From an uncultured delta proteobacterium (lineage in GTDB: Bacteria; Desulfobacterota; Binatia; UBA9968): a DNA stretch of 64,000 nt. Made by a program: the position numbers and the translations under genes. Shown here in pieces: positions 1-9,972 of this stretch. Under the pieces are notes generated by a model that saw only the letters and a list, made by a program, of their open reading frames with translations, ran no database searches and was not told the origin of the DNA. Within the stretch, counting starts at the first letter, position 1, and each line of letters opens with the position of its first letter. Where the stretch lies: positions 1 through 64,000 of the forward strand of contig CAWFJP010000012.1 of NCBI GenBank assembly GCA_963816145.1. The letters run 5' to 3'.

Positions 1-96
1 GCAGTATTCCTGCGTAGAGTGGAGACCGTTAACCTGCGCATTATTTCCGGCGCTCTGCTGATGGTCGGCGGCGTCGTGTTGATCACCAGCCGCTGA
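1..96 (+). CDS. 3' end of a membrane protein, probably EamA/DMT-family transporter (partial)
   Basis: Frame 1 reads AVFLRRVETVNLRIISGALLMVGGVVLITSR*, resembling the 'FL.E..+...+.G.+L++.GV.L+' C-terminus of EamA proteins. Confidence 0.55.
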   Translation, partial: AVFLRRVETVNLRIISGALLMVGGVVLITSR

Positions 97-160
97 GCGT
101 CTGCCGTGACGGCGCGTTAGAACCACGACCTTAAGCAAAAGGAAATATAATGCTCAGCAC

Positions 161-2170
161 TAACCCGACTTCGCGGATTCGCCACCGGAAAAAAAGTTTA
201 GGCGAGCGTAAGGTTTTGGAATTGCACGAGTTGAGTGATCGAAGACAGCGAAATCAGCTGTAGTGGAGCAACCTCCTCCCTTTTCAAACCTCTCGCAATC
301 GGCATAGTGGCGGCCATGTTTTTGCGCTCGACAACCCGCAAGAAAAACGGCAAGCAGCACCGCTACTTCAGTATCGTCGAGAACCAGCGTCTGGCCGACG
401 GGCGAGTCGTGCAGCGTCACGTCTTGTATCTCGGTGAGATCAACTCGTCGCAAGAGTTAGCGTGGCGTAAATCGATCGAAGTCTTTGAAGAGGGGAAAGA
501 CAAGCCGAGCACCCTTGCGCTGTTTCCCGAAGATCGCTGCGAAGCGGAGATCTGTGATGAGTCGATGGTGCGGGTGCGTCTGTCCGAGCTGCGGTTGTGT
601 CGGCCGCGGCAGTGGGGAGCCTGCTGGTTGGTGGTCAAGTTGTGGCGGGAGTTGGAACTGGACCGCTTTTGGCGGGAGCGACTGGGGCGCAGTCGCAAAG
701 GAACGCGCTGGGACGAGGTTTTGTTGGTGCTGGTGGCCTATCGGCTGATTGCTCCTGGCAGCGAGTGGCGCTTACACCGCCAGTGGTTTGGGCAAAGCGC
801 CCTGGGGGATTTACTGTCAGCCGATACTTCGCTGGCCGACTCGCACAAGCTCTATGGCTGCCATGATCTGTTGCTTGAACATAAACAGGCCTTGTTCGAT
901 CACTTGATCGGGCGTTGGCGCGATCTATTCAACTTGAGCTTCGAAGTCTTGCTCTATGATTTGACCAGCACCTATTTCGAGTCCAATCCTCCTGACGATG
1001 AGAATGACAAGCGGCGTTTTGGTTACAGCCGAGACAAGCGCAGCGATTGTGTGCAGGTGGTCATTGCGCTGATCGTCACGCCGCAGGGCTTTCCGCTGGC
1101 TTACGAAGTGTTGGCAGGCAATACCAAGGACAGCAGCACACTCAGGGAGTTTCTCGACAAGATCGAGAAGCAATACGGCAAAGCGGAGCGCATCTGGTTA
1201 ATGGATCGGGGCGTTCCGACAGAAAGCGTGCTCGAACAGATGCGCCAGAGCGATCCGGCGGTGAAATACTTGGTGGGCACGCCCAAGGGACGGCTTAGTC
1301 GCTTGGAGAAACAACTCACAGACAAGCCTTGGCATCAGGCGCGGCCCGGAGTCGAGGTCAAGCTGCTGGCGCAAGACGACGAACTCTATGTGCTGGCCCA
1401 AAGTGAGGATCGGGTCAACAAGGAGCGCTCCATGCGCCGGCGCCAACTGAAGTGGCTGTGGGCAAGACTCAAACAACTGAGCACCATGAAGCTCAAGCGC
1501 GAAGAGCTTTTGATGAAGCTCGGAGCCGCCAAACAAAAAACTCCCAGTGCTTGGCGCCTGGTCCAAATCGAAGTGGATAAGGATAAAGCCGCTTTTACTT
1601 ACCGGTTCGATCGAGAGAAGTTACGTCGCCAACGTCGGCGTGAAGGGCGCTACTTATTGCGCACCAATCTGACCGAATCCGATCCGGCTAAGCTCTGGAG
1701 CTTGTATCTGCAACTGGTCAATGTCGAAGAGGCGTTTAAGAATCTCAAGGGCGATCTGGCGGTCCGGCCGATCTTTCATCAGAGCGAAAAACGGATTGAG
1801 GCGCACATTTTGGTTTCATTTTTGGCTTATTGTCTGCACATCACTCTGACCGAAAGACTACGCTCACTGGCACCGGGGCTCACTGCGCGCAGCGCTTTGG
1901 AGAAGTTTGCTGCTATGCAGATGATTGACGTGCATTTGCCAACGACTGACGGTCGCCAACTCATCATGACCCGCACCACCCAGCCCCAGCCCGAGCTGCA
2001 ACTCCTGCTCGACAAGCTTAAACTCCAACTGCCTGCACAACCGCCCCCCAAGATCACACCTGCGCAAGTCGCGGCAGCCGTGGCTCTGTAGTGCAGACCT
2101 GGGTACCCAGCTTGTTGGTTTTTCAACTACTTAACCCCTTTGACCCTCCCGAATCCGCGAAGTCGGGTTA
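161..2170 (+). mobile_element. IS1634-family insertion sequence
   Basis: Perfect 21-bp inverted repeat: taacccgacttcgcggattcg (161-181) and cgaatccgcgaagtcgggtta (2150-2170), enclosing a single transposase ORF. The outer taa/tta may be target sequence rather than IR. Confidence 0.92.
316..2091 (+). CDS. IS1634-family DDE transposase
   Basis: N-terminus MFLRSTTRKKNGKQHRYFSIVEN, LLYDLTSTYFE, FGYSRDKRSD, WLMDRG, and VEEAFKNLKGDLAVRPIFH...RIEAH motifs. ATG at 316 preferred over GTG at 235. Confidence 0.93.
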   Translation: MFLRSTTRKKNGKQHRYFSIVENQRLADGRVVQRHVLYLGEINSSQELAWRKSIEVFEEGKDKPSTLALFPEDRCEAEICDESMVRVRLSELRLCRPRQWGACWLVVKLWRELELDRFWRERLGRSRKGTRWDEVLLVLVAYRLIAPGSEWRLHRQWFGQSALGDLLSADTSLADSHKLYGCHDLLLEHKQALFDHLIGRWRDLFNLSFEVLLYDLTSTYFESNPPDDENDKRRFGYSRDKRSDCVQVVIALIVTPQGFPLAYEVLAGNTKDSSTLREFLDKIEKQYGKAERIWLMDRGVPTESVLEQMRQSDPAVKYLVGTPKGRLSRLEKQLTDKPWHQARPGVEVKLLAQDDELYVLAQSEDRVNKERSMRRRQLKWLWARLKQLSTMKLKREELLMKLGAAKQKTPSAWRLVQIEVDKDKAAFTYRFDREKLRRQRRREGRYLLRTNLTESDPAKLWSLYLQLVNVEEAFKNLKGDLAVRPIFHQSEKRIEAHILVSFLAYCLHITLTERLRSLAPGLTARSALEKFAAMQMIDVHLPTTDGRQLIMTRTTQPQPELQLLLDKLKLQLPAQPPPKITPAQVAAAVAL

Positions 2171-2292
2171 AAAAAGCATCACAGGTGCAATGATAGAAGT
2201 ATTAACACCGGCAACCCGAAAGCCTGTATCGAAACAGGGCCAGGCGAGTGCCCACCGATTCAGACCCAAGTAGTGAAAGGAATGAGGAAAAT

Positions 2293-2369
2293 TGGTCGGG
2301 GCGAGTGGATTTGAACCACCGACTTCACGGTCCCGAACCGTGCGCTCTACCAAGCTGAGCCACGCCCCG
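2293..2369 (-). tRNA. tRNA-Pro(CGG)
   Basis: Minus strand reads CGGGGCGTGGCTCAGCTTGGTAGAGCGCACGGTTCGGGACCGTGAAGTCGGTGGTTCAAATCCACTCGCCCCGACCA: 77 nt, cloverleaf, anticodon CGG, encoded CCA. Confidence 0.97.
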
Positions 2370-2421
2370 ACCCAGACAAACTAACACACCGCTGAGAGAA
2401 AACAACCGCCTCGGACTGCGA

Positions 2422-2486
2422 GAGCATTCGCAGATTCCAGATTGTGCCCCTCCCTCTTTGGAATTTGGAATATGAGATTTGTAATT
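2422..2486. repeat. Degenerate heptamer tandem repeats in inverted arrangement
   Basis: cattcgc-agattcc-agattgt ... ttggaat-ttggaat-atgagat-ttgtaat between rpe and tRNA-Pro. Confidence 0.55.
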
Positions 2487-2505
2487 GGCTTGGGATGGAG
2501 TGGGG

Positions 2506-3165
2506 TTAGGCTGCAGCCAGACGCATCTGGTGAATGGTGTCTGCGTAATTTGGCGTTTTGAAGATACCCGAGCCGGATACGATAACCTCACCACCGGCTT
2601 GGACCACGGTGGCGATATTATCTGTTTTGATGCCGCCGTCGACTTCGATGAGAACGCCCGGTTTTCGTGCGTCGATTAACTTTCTGACCTCGGTGATTTT
2701 CGGCAGCACGTCGGAAATGAACGCCTGGCCGCCGAATCCGGGGAAGACGGTCATCATCAGAATCATATCGACATCGTCAAAGCAGCTGGCGACTTTGCTC
2801 AGCGGCACATCTGGATTGACCGCGATCGATGCTTTGGCGCCGAGCTGGCGAATTTTTCTTAGCGTGGCGTTGGGATTGGCGCAGGTGTCGGGATGAATCG
2901 AGACCCAGTCGGCGCCGGCTTTGATAAATTCCGGAGCGTACTTGTCGGGGTCGGTGATCATGAGATGGACATCGACCGCGATGGTGGTAACTTTGCGCAC
3001 CCACTCGACGACGACCGGGCCGATGGTGATATTGGGCACGAAGTGACCGTCCATGACGTCGACATGAATCCAATCGGCTCCAGCCGCTTCCACCGCCTGG
3101 ATCTCGTCTTTCAATCGGCTGAAATCGGCCGACAATATCGACGGAGCGATTTTCATCGTTGGCAT
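2506..3165 (-). CDS. rpe: Ribulose-phosphate 3-epimerase
   Basis: IAPSILSADF, HVDVMDGHFVPNITIG, DVHLMI and EVDGG motifs. Confidence 0.97.
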   Translation of the reverse strand: MPTMKIAPSILSADFSRLKDEIQAVEAAGADWIHVDVMDGHFVPNITIGPVVVEWVRKVTTIAVDVHLMITDPDKYAPEFIKAGADWVSIHPDTCANPNATLRKIRQLGAKASIAVNPDVPLSKVASCFDDVDMILMMTVFPGFGGQAFISDVLPKITEVRKLIDARKPGVLIEVDGGIKTDNIATVVQAGGEVIVSGSGIFKTPNYADTIHQMRLAAA

Positions 3166-4527
3166 TTAAGCAACCTTTCTCATCCGTGCGGCAAAAAAAC
3201 CATCGGTATCATCGCGCTGGGGCAGTGCCTGAAAATAATTATCGCGCGCCATGTGGCGCGCTGGCTCGGGAAGATAGCGCGCCGCGCCGGTCAACTCAAA
3301 CTGGTTGTTTTGGCGCAAGAAATTCTCGATCACTTGCTCATTCTCGTCGACCGTTAACGTGCAGGTCGAATAAACCAGAACCCCGCCAGTTTTTAAGCAC
3401 AGTGCCACCGATTGCAGAATCCGCGCCTGCAATGCTGCAAGCCTGGCGATGTCGCTATCGTTGCGCTGCCATTTGATCTCGGGGTGGGAACGTAGTGTGC
3501 CGAGCCCGCTGCACGGCGCGTCAACGAGGATGCGATTGTATGGGCCGGCGAGGTTGCCGAGTAAAGTTTTGCTCGCGTCAGCGCGTATGGCTTGCAGCGA
3601 ACCCAGTTTCAAGCGCTCGGCGTTTTGCGCGATTCTCTCGATACCGCGGGCCGATGAATCGATGGCGATGATTTTACCTTGATCACCGATCAACTCGGCG
3701 AGATGGGTTGCTTTTCCGCCCGGAGCCGCGCATGCGTCAAGGATGGTTTCTCCCGGCGCTGGGCCGACAAGGTGTGATACCAGTTGCGCGGCTTCGCTTT
3801 GCACTTGAAAGTGTCCTTCGGCAAAGCCGGCCAGCGTCTCGATACTCACACCTGTGGGCAGCCGAATACCTTGCGGGGATATTACGCTAGGCTCGGCGAT
3901 GACGCCGCATTCCTGCCAGCGTGCGAGTAATGCCGCACGCGTCGTCGTTCGTTGATTCACACGCACCACCAGCGGCGCTTTTTGATTACTGGCGAGCATC
4001 AATGCTTTCGCCCGTTCCGGACCAAAGTACCGGAGCCAGCGATCCACCAGCCATTGAGGATGGGAATACTCTTCAGCTAGGTTCGCTGCTGAACTCTTGG
4101 GCTCCCTCCCCTTCCCATCTGGATCATTTTGCCTGACAAAATTGCGCAGGACGCCGTTGATGAAGCCTGCGCTTCTCGGCTGTGTCGCTTTGGCGATCTC
4201 GACCGCTTCATTGACCGCGGCGTAAGCCGGGATCTTATCGAGGAAGAGCAACTGGTAAAGAGTAACGCGAAGCAAGTTGCGATTGAACGGATCGGTTTCG
4301 GCCAAGGATCGCTTAAGAAACGGAATGAGCTTGGCGTCGATCTTGGCACGCCAGCGCAGCGTACCATAGATTAGTTCGGTCAATAGCGCGCGGTCGGCAT
4401 CGATAAGACCAGTATTCCGCAAATGGTGATCGAGCAGCAGGTCGGCATAAGCCTTGTGACTATCGACTTTGTGCAGGATCTCAGCAGCAAGCCGGCGGAC
4501 GCTTTTCACGTCACTCGAGGCGGTCAC
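3166..4527 (-). CDS. rsmB: 16S rRNA m5C967 methyltransferase RsmB/Sun
   Basis: NusB-like N-terminus (ELIYGTLRW, PAYAAVNEAVE), LDACAAPGGKATH, ILVDAPCSGLG, YSTCT, DGFF. GTG at 4527 overlapping the fmt stop is the likely start; the ORF is open to 4602. Confidence 0.93.
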   Translation of the reverse strand: MTASSDVKSVRRLAAEILHKVDSHKAYADLLLDHHLRNTGLIDADRALLTELIYGTLRWRAKIDAKLIPFLKRSLAETDPFNRNLLRVTLYQLLFLDKIPAYAAVNEAVEIAKATQPRSAGFINGVLRNFVRQNDPDGKGREPKSSAANLAEEYSHPQWLVDRWLRYFGPERAKALMLASNQKAPLVVRVNQRTTTRAALLARWQECGVIAEPSVISPQGIRLPTGVSIETLAGFAEGHFQVQSEAAQLVSHLVGPAPGETILDACAAPGGKATHLAELIGDQGKIIAIDSSARGIERIAQNAERLKLGSLQAIRADASKTLLGNLAGPYNRILVDAPCSGLGTLRSHPEIKWQRNDSDIARLAALQARILQSVALCLKTGGVLVYSTCTLTVDENEQVIENFLRQNNQFELTGAARYLPEPARHMARDNYFQALPQRDDTDGFFAARMRKVA

Positions 4528-5452
4528 CGGGTTTGATCCTTGCGCCCTTGATGAACTCGACGCCGGGCAGACGTTTTTTGTTTTCCTGCTGTACTTCTTC
4601 AAGACTCAGGACGCCCACCGATGTTGCTACCCAAAATCCGTTGCCATCGGCGCGGATGATTTCACCAGGGCCGCCGTGCCGCTCCGTGTCGATGATGGTG
4701 GCCCGATGAATTTTAAGCATTTTACCAGAGCAGTGCGTGAAACTCCCGGGCCAGGGATCGAAGCCGCGAATACGCCGTTCGATTTCCGGCGCGGAGCCCT
4801 GCCAGTCGATGAGCCCGTCTTCTTTTTTCAGGATGGGGGCCAGGGTCGTCAGGTTTTCATCTTGTTCGGTTGCGCTGAGTGTTCCTTCTTTCAGCCGGCG
4901 CAACGTTTCCAGCAACAGCCGGGCGCCGATGGGTGTTAGCTGGGTTTGCAGAGAACCAGTTGTTTCAGTTCCGCTGAGCTTTATCGCTTCCTGCAAGTAG
5001 ATATCCCCAGCGTCCATTTTCTCCACAAGCTTCATGGTGCTGACGCCGGCTTCCACGTCGCCGTTGATAATTGTCCAGGCTACCGGCGCGGCGCCGCGGT
5101 ACTTAGGCAAGAGCGAATAATGCACGTTAATGCAACCATGGGGGGCGAGTTCTAGTACCGGTTTCGGCAAAATGCGGCCGTAGGCAACCACGACGATGAT
5201 GTCGGGCCGCCAATTACGCAGCGACTCGAGAAAGTCCGGGGTACGAATCTTTTCCGCGGCAAGGACGGCAATGTTCCGCGACTCGGCCAACTTTCGCACC
5301 GGTGAGGGTGAAGTTTTCTGGCCCCGGCCAGCGCCACTGTCAGGTTGGGTGACCACGCCAACGACGGTATCAGGACCGGCGACGAGATGCTCCAGAGTCG
5401 CCGCGGCGATTTGCGGCGTGCCCATAAAAATGATGCGCCAGGGTGCTGCCAT
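4511..5452 (-). CDS. fmt: Methionyl-tRNA formyltransferase
   Basis: IIFMGTP, VVTQPD, VVVAYGRIL, NVHYSLLPKYRGAAP; def-fmt-rsmB synteny. Confidence 0.97.
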   Translation of the reverse strand: MAAPWRIIFMGTPQIAAATLEHLVAGPDTVVGVVTQPDSGAGRGQKTSPSPVRKLAESRNIAVLAAEKIRTPDFLESLRNWRPDIIVVVAYGRILPKPVLELAPHGCINVHYSLLPKYRGAAPVAWTIINGDVEAGVSTMKLVEKMDAGDIYLQEAIKLSGTETTGSLQTQLTPIGARLLLETLRRLKEGTLSATEQDENLTTLAPILKKEDGLIDWQGSAPEIERRIRGFDPWPGSFTHCSGKMLKIHRATIIDTERHGGPGEIIRADGNGFWVATSVGVLSLEEVQQENKKRLPGVEFIKGARIKPGDRLE

Positions 5453-5510
5453 GATTGACTCACCTAAAAATACGACGTGGCTGATATGCGAGAAAGTCGA
5501 CGGACAAGCT

Positions 5511-6053
5511 TCAAATCATGAGGCGCGCGGGCTCCCGCGCGGGCTCGATGCCGCTGCGCAAGCTTTTGATCCGCTTGCGGGTATAGAGTTCGCGCTTCAA
5601 CCGGCTAATTCGGTCGATGAATAATTTGCCGTCGAGATGATCGATCTCATGCTGCAACGCCACTGCCAGCAAACCTTCGGCTTCGATCTTGACCTCTTTC
5701 TGATTCTCATCGAAAGCGCTAACTTGGACCTGCGCCGCGCGCTTTACATCTGCGGTGTATTCGACGACGCTCAAGCAACCCTCTTCCCAAATCACTTCGC
5801 CTTCGGCGTGGGTAATCACCGGATTGATCAGCTTGTAAACTTGCTTGCCGGGATTCTCATGATCGGTGTCGAGAACCACTACGCGTTGGGAGACACCAAC
5901 CTGAGGTGCGGCCAGACCGACACCCGGGGCCGCATACATGGTTTCGAGCATGTCGTTGACCAGCTGGACGGTTTTTTCGCCAAAGTTTTGTACCGGTAAG
6001 GCGACCTTTTTAAGCACCGGATCGGGGTATTTAAGAATTTCCAAAATCGCCAT
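5511..6053 (-). CDS. def: Peptide deformylase
   Basis: GVGLAAPQVG, EGCLS and QHEIDHLDG motifs. Confidence 0.97.
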   Translation of the reverse strand: MAILEILKYPDPVLKKVALPVQNFGEKTVQLVNDMLETMYAAPGVGLAAPQVGVSQRVVVLDTDHENPGKQVYKLINPVITHAEGEVIWEEGCLSVVEYTADVKRAAQVQVSAFDENQKEVKIEAEGLLAVALQHEIDHLDGKLFIDRISRLKRELYTRKRIKSLRSGIEPAREPARLMI

Positions 6054-6066
6054 AACTTACTGAAAT

Positions 6067-8349
6067 TCATAACATGCTGTAGGGATCGACATCAATCTGG
6101 AGGCGCCGGCCGCGGGCGTCGGGCAAGAGCCGGCGGGCATGGCTGGCAAACTCCAAGAGGGTGGTACTGTTTTTCCCTTTGAGCAGCAGTTGCCAGCGAT
6201 AGCGATTGCGTAGTTTTTCGATCGGCGCTGCCGCCGGTCCGAGGACCTCGACACCCGCCTGATATTTTGACTCCTGGGCCTGAAGCTGGCGCAACTGTGC
6301 GGCTACGGTCTTTGCGCATTTCTCGACTTCATCGGCTCTAGGACCATCGAAGCGCAGATTAATCAATCTAGCGAAGGGCGGATAATTGAGCGCCCGGCGG
6401 AACTCGCTCTCGACGGCGAAAAACCCCTTATAATCATGGTTGGGCAAGTGTTGAATCGCGTAATGATCGGGGGAGTAGGTCTGAATCACGACGCGGCCCG
6501 GATCGCTGCCCCGCCCGGCTCGTCCGGCCACTTGGCTAAGCAATTGAAAGGTGCGCTCGCCGGCGCGGAAGTCGGGTAAATTCAACGACAGGTCCGCCGA
6601 CAGCGCGCCGACGAGTGTGACCCCGGCGACATCATGTCCTTTGGTGATCATCTGGGTACCGACCAGGATATCGATATCGCCCCGCTCCCAGCGTCGGATC
6701 AATTCTTCCTGTGAACCGCGCTTGCTGGTTGTGTCGCGGTCCATTCTAGCCACTCTGGCCCCGGGCACCAGCTCATGCAGCGTCTCTTCAACCTGCTCCG
6801 TTCCCGTGCCTACCGGTGCCAGGCTTGGGTTTTTACATTCCGGACAAATGTCGCTCATGGGGCGGCAATAGTCGCAATGGTGGCAAGCCAGGATCTTGCG
6901 CCGCAGGTGCAGTGTTAGTGTCACGCTGCAATGGGGGCAGTGCCAGACATGACCGCAGAGACTGCACTGCAAGAAATTGGCGAAGCCGCGGCGGTTGAGA
7001 AATATTAGAGTCTGCCGCTTGTCGAGAAAGTTTTGCTTGATCGCAGCGATAAAACTTTCCGCCATCAAACGCGGCTTGGCTGGCTTTCTGACATTCTTCT
7101 GCGCTGATTCGGCAGGTTTCTCTGGTGCAGCGGGTTTGACGAACTGGTGGCGCATGTCGATGGTTTCAACGATCGGTAAGGGGCGCTGCTCAACCCGCTG
7201 GGTCAACTCGAGAAGTTTATAGCGGCCCTGGCGGCAGTTTTCGTAGCTTTCCAATGCCGGAGTCGCGGAGCCCAAGATGATCGCACAGCCCAATTGCTTG
7301 GCGCGCACCACAGCGACATCGCGGCCATTGTAACGCAAGCCATCTTCTTGTTTGTACGACGAATCATGCTCTTCGTCGACGATGATAAGGCCGAGATTGG
7401 GTAGCGGTGCAAAGACCGCCGAACGCGCGCCGACCACGACATCGACTTCGCCGCGCAGGATGCGCCACCAATGGGCCCAACGATCGGCGCCGGTAAGCGC
7501 ACTGTGCAGGACACCGATTTTTCCAGGAAAATGGCGATGCATTTGGTCCAAGAGCTGTGGCGTCAGGGATATTTCGGGAATCAGAATCATGCTGCGACGG
7601 CCGCGGTCACATGCCTTTCCCATGGCGCGCAAGTAGACTTCGGTCTTGCCGCTGCCGGTGATGCCGTGAAGCAAAAACGTTTCAAATCCGCCTTGTTCGA
7701 TTCTCGCCGAGACGGTATTTAAAGCGAACTCTTGTTCGGCATTCAGTTTGAGTTCCGCCGGTGCATCGATATCGTTGACCGTGGTCGAAGGCAAAAGAGA
7801 TTTTCGCCGCCGGCCCTTGGCTAGATGCTCAGCGATGCCTATCACCCCGCGGGCCCCGAGCTTTGCCAAGGCCCGGTCGATGCGTCGCCCTGAAAATAGC
7901 CCGCTCAGCGTCTTGACGCTAACTCTCCCTTTCCGTTTGCTGAACTCCCGCAATATCGCGCTTTCCAACTCGTCCTCTGGCAGCGCATCGGGTTGCAGCA
8001 GTTTTGCCAGCCGCTTGCTGTCGCGGCGCGAATTGGGCGGCAGCATCGTTGCGAGCACATCGCCCAGGGAAGCCAGATAGTATTGCGCAATCCATTGCGC
8101 CAACTTGAGCAACTCGGCGTCGACAATCGGCTGGTCATCGAGTACCTCGCTTACATCTTTAACCTCGTTATGGGGCGATTCGTCGACGAAGCTAAGCAGG
8201 ATACCGGTCACCTGGCGTTTTTGCAGCGGTACCAGCACACGAGTTCCCGGCGTTAGCTTCGATGACAGCGAGTCAGGTAGGCGATAGATCAGTGGGTCTC
8301 GATGGGATGATGGCACGAGGATCCATGCGAACTTCTGCGCCTCGTGCAT
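6067..8349 (-). CDS. priA: Primosomal protein N' (replication restart helicase)
   Basis: LHGITGSGKTEVY, LIPEISLTPQ, DEEHD, two CxxC zinc pairs, GTQMITKG, QVAGRAGR, DVDP C-terminus. Start at ATG 8349 is likely; the ORF is open to 8439. Confidence 0.96.
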   Translation of the reverse strand: MHEAQKFAWILVPSSHRDPLIYRLPDSLSSKLTPGTRVLVPLQKRQVTGILLSFVDESPHNEVKDVSEVLDDQPIVDAELLKLAQWIAQYYLASLGDVLATMLPPNSRRDSKRLAKLLQPDALPEDELESAILREFSKRKGRVSVKTLSGLFSGRRIDRALAKLGARGVIGIAEHLAKGRRRKSLLPSTTVNDIDAPAELKLNAEQEFALNTVSARIEQGGFETFLLHGITGSGKTEVYLRAMGKACDRGRRSMILIPEISLTPQLLDQMHRHFPGKIGVLHSALTGADRWAHWWRILRGEVDVVVGARSAVFAPLPNLGLIIVDEEHDSSYKQEDGLRYNGRDVAVVRAKQLGCAIILGSATPALESYENCRQGRYKLLELTQRVEQRPLPIVETIDMRHQFVKPAAPEKPAESAQKNVRKPAKPRLMAESFIAAIKQNFLDKRQTLIFLNRRGFANFLQCSLCGHVWHCPHCSVTLTLHLRRKILACHHCDYCRPMSDICPECKNPSLAPVGTGTEQVEETLHELVPGARVARMDRDTTSKRGSQEELIRRWERGDIDILVGTQMITKGHDVAGVTLVGALSADLSLNLPDFRAGERTFQLLSQVAGRAGRGSDPGRVVIQTYSPDHYAIQHLPNHDYKGFFAVESEFRRALNYPPFARLINLRFDGPRADEVEKCAKTVAAQLRQLQAQESKYQAGVEVLGPAAAPIEKLRNRYRWQLLLKGKNSTTLLEFASHARRLLPDARGRRLQIDVDPYSML

Positions 8350-8667
8350 GGCTAGTTTCTTACCGGCACGTCCCGGCAAATGCAACTTGGCCGAAAATTG
8401 ACCCAACGTTTCATGTTGGTACACATTCGTCGCTAGCACTCTTCAAATGGCGCGGCTCAGTTGGCTTAGAACTTCTTTGAATTGCCCGAATTTACTTGAG
8501 CCAACCGTATGGCTGCACCTGGCCGACAGATTGCTTATGAATGAAGCATAGAAGCTCTATAATTACGCATAACTTAGCTATAATTTTATTGACTTAAGGG
8601 GCCTCTTTGGATAAGAAATTGCTACTCTTGCCAATAAATTCCAGCCCCTGTCTAAGGGCTTGCCGCG

Positions 8668-8868
8668 ATGGATGAGAGCAATAATGTCAAAAAAGTTCGC
8701 GAAGCGAAGATGTTGAGCAAGGCCGAACTCGCTCGCATGGCCGGAATCTCGCCGTTGACTCTCGATCGCATTGAAAAAGGCAAAGATTGCCGTATGGCAA
8801 CCAAGCGCAAGATCCTATTGGCACTGGGTCTATCGATCGAACAAAAAAACACGCTCTTCAAACAGTGA
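8668..8868 (+). CDS. Small XRE/Cro-type helix-turn-helix protein heading the pilM operon
   Basis: NNVKKVREAKMLSKAELARMAGISPLTLDRIEKG HTH pattern; 3 bp before pilM. Confidence 0.85.
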   Translation: MDESNNVKKVREAKMLSKAELARMAGISPLTLDRIEKGKDCRMATKRKILLALGLSIEQKNTLFKQ

Positions 8869-8871
8869 CGA

Positions 8872-9972
8872 ATGGCTCCTTTCTGGAACAAAATTAATTT
8901 CGGTTTACTCAACTCCTTGGGCGGGAACAGCGGATTTGTCGCCCTCGACATCGGTTCAACCTCGATCAAAATGGTCGAGGCGGCCGTCGATAAGAGCGGC
9001 TATCGAATTTTGAGTTTAGGGTTACTGCCGCTGCAGGCCAACGCGATCCAGAATAACATGGTGGTCGAGAGTAAGCCGGTCGCTGAAACGATTCGCAAGC
9101 TCATGCAAGAAAACGGCGTCAAGGCGAAGCAAGTCATATCGGCGGTTCCGGGCAGGGCGGTGATCATGAAAAAGATCCAAATGCCCAAGCAGGAGAAATC
9201 CGAGTTAGATAACAATATCGAGTTCGAGGCGCAAAATGTCATCCCCGAGAGTATCGACAACGTAAATCTTGACTATCAGGTCCTCAGTGAATCCGAGGAC
9301 GGTAACAAGATGAATGTATTGTTGGTCGCGGTAAAGAAAGAGATCGTCAACAGTTACGCTGATGCGATAACCGAAGCCGGGCTAGTTCCGGCGATCATGG
9401 ATGTCGATTACTTTGCCTTGGAGAACATGTACGAGGCAAACTACAGTTCGGATGCCAATGCTGGGGTGATTGGATTGATTCATATCGGCTGCCAGAATAC
9501 CAGCATCTCGCTGCTCCAGAACGGCGTATCTACGTTTACCGGTGATTTATCGATTGGCGGAGCCTATTTCACGGACAGTTTGGCAAGACAGTTCAATTTG
9601 ACTGCGGTTGAAGCTGAGACGTTTAAGACCGCTGGAGTCCTAGAAGGAAAAAAGGGCCTGGATCTCGCATCCGCTTTGACGGCTACTGCCGGGGAGTTGG
9701 CCGAAGAAATTCGTCGTACGGTTAGTCTCTATGGTGCTGTGCCGTCAGATGACAATGACGGTTTGAAAGCGATCTACCTGAGCGGGGGCGGGGCAAAGCT
9801 CGCGGGTCTACGCTCGTTGTTAGAGGGCACCATGGGTGTGCCGGTGCATTTAACCGAACCGTTCCGCGGCTTTAGTGTGAATAAGAGTATTGACCGCGAA
9901 TATCTCGTTGAAGCGGCGCCTTACTTTGCTGTGGGTGCGGGGTTGTCGATTCGCCGGCCGGGGGATCGATGA
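8872..9972 (+). CDS. pilM: Type IV pilus assembly protein PilM
   Basis: Actin-like ALDIGSTSIK, VLLVAVKK, DVDYFALEN and LSGGGAKL motifs; first gene of pilMNOPQ. Confidence 0.95.
   Translation: MAPFWNKINFGLLNSLGGNSGFVALDIGSTSIKMVEAAVDKSGYRILSLGLLPLQANAIQNNMVVESKPVAETIRKLMQENGVKAKQVISAVPGRAVIMKKIQMPKQEKSELDNNIEFEAQNVIPESIDNVNLDYQVLSESEDGNKMNVLLVAVKKEIVNSYADAITEAGLVPAIMDVDYFALENMYEANYSSDANAGVIGLIHIGCQNTSISLLQNGVSTFTGDLSIGGAYFTDSLARQFNLTAVEAETFKTAGVLEGKKGLDLASALTATAGELAEEIRRTVSLYGAVPSDDNDGLKAIYLSGGGAKLAGLRSLLEGTMGVPVHLTEPFRGFSVNKSIDREYLVEAAPYFAVGAGLSIRRPGDR

Noticed and set aside
4528-4602. N-terminal extension of RsmB overlapping fmt by about 90 bp (similarly long ORF-track starts for the transposase, priA, aroB, nuoH and nuoJ)
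   Set aside because: The extensions show no homology-like features, and downstream starts fit the family N-termini and operon coupling better.
8440-8667. Possible cyclic-dinucleotide (GEMM-I) riboswitch upstream of the HTH-pilM operon
   Set aside because: Only a gtctaa-containing mini hairpin is present; the GGCAAA...GAAA...GGGACGCAAA core is not recognisable. An Rfam scan would settle it.
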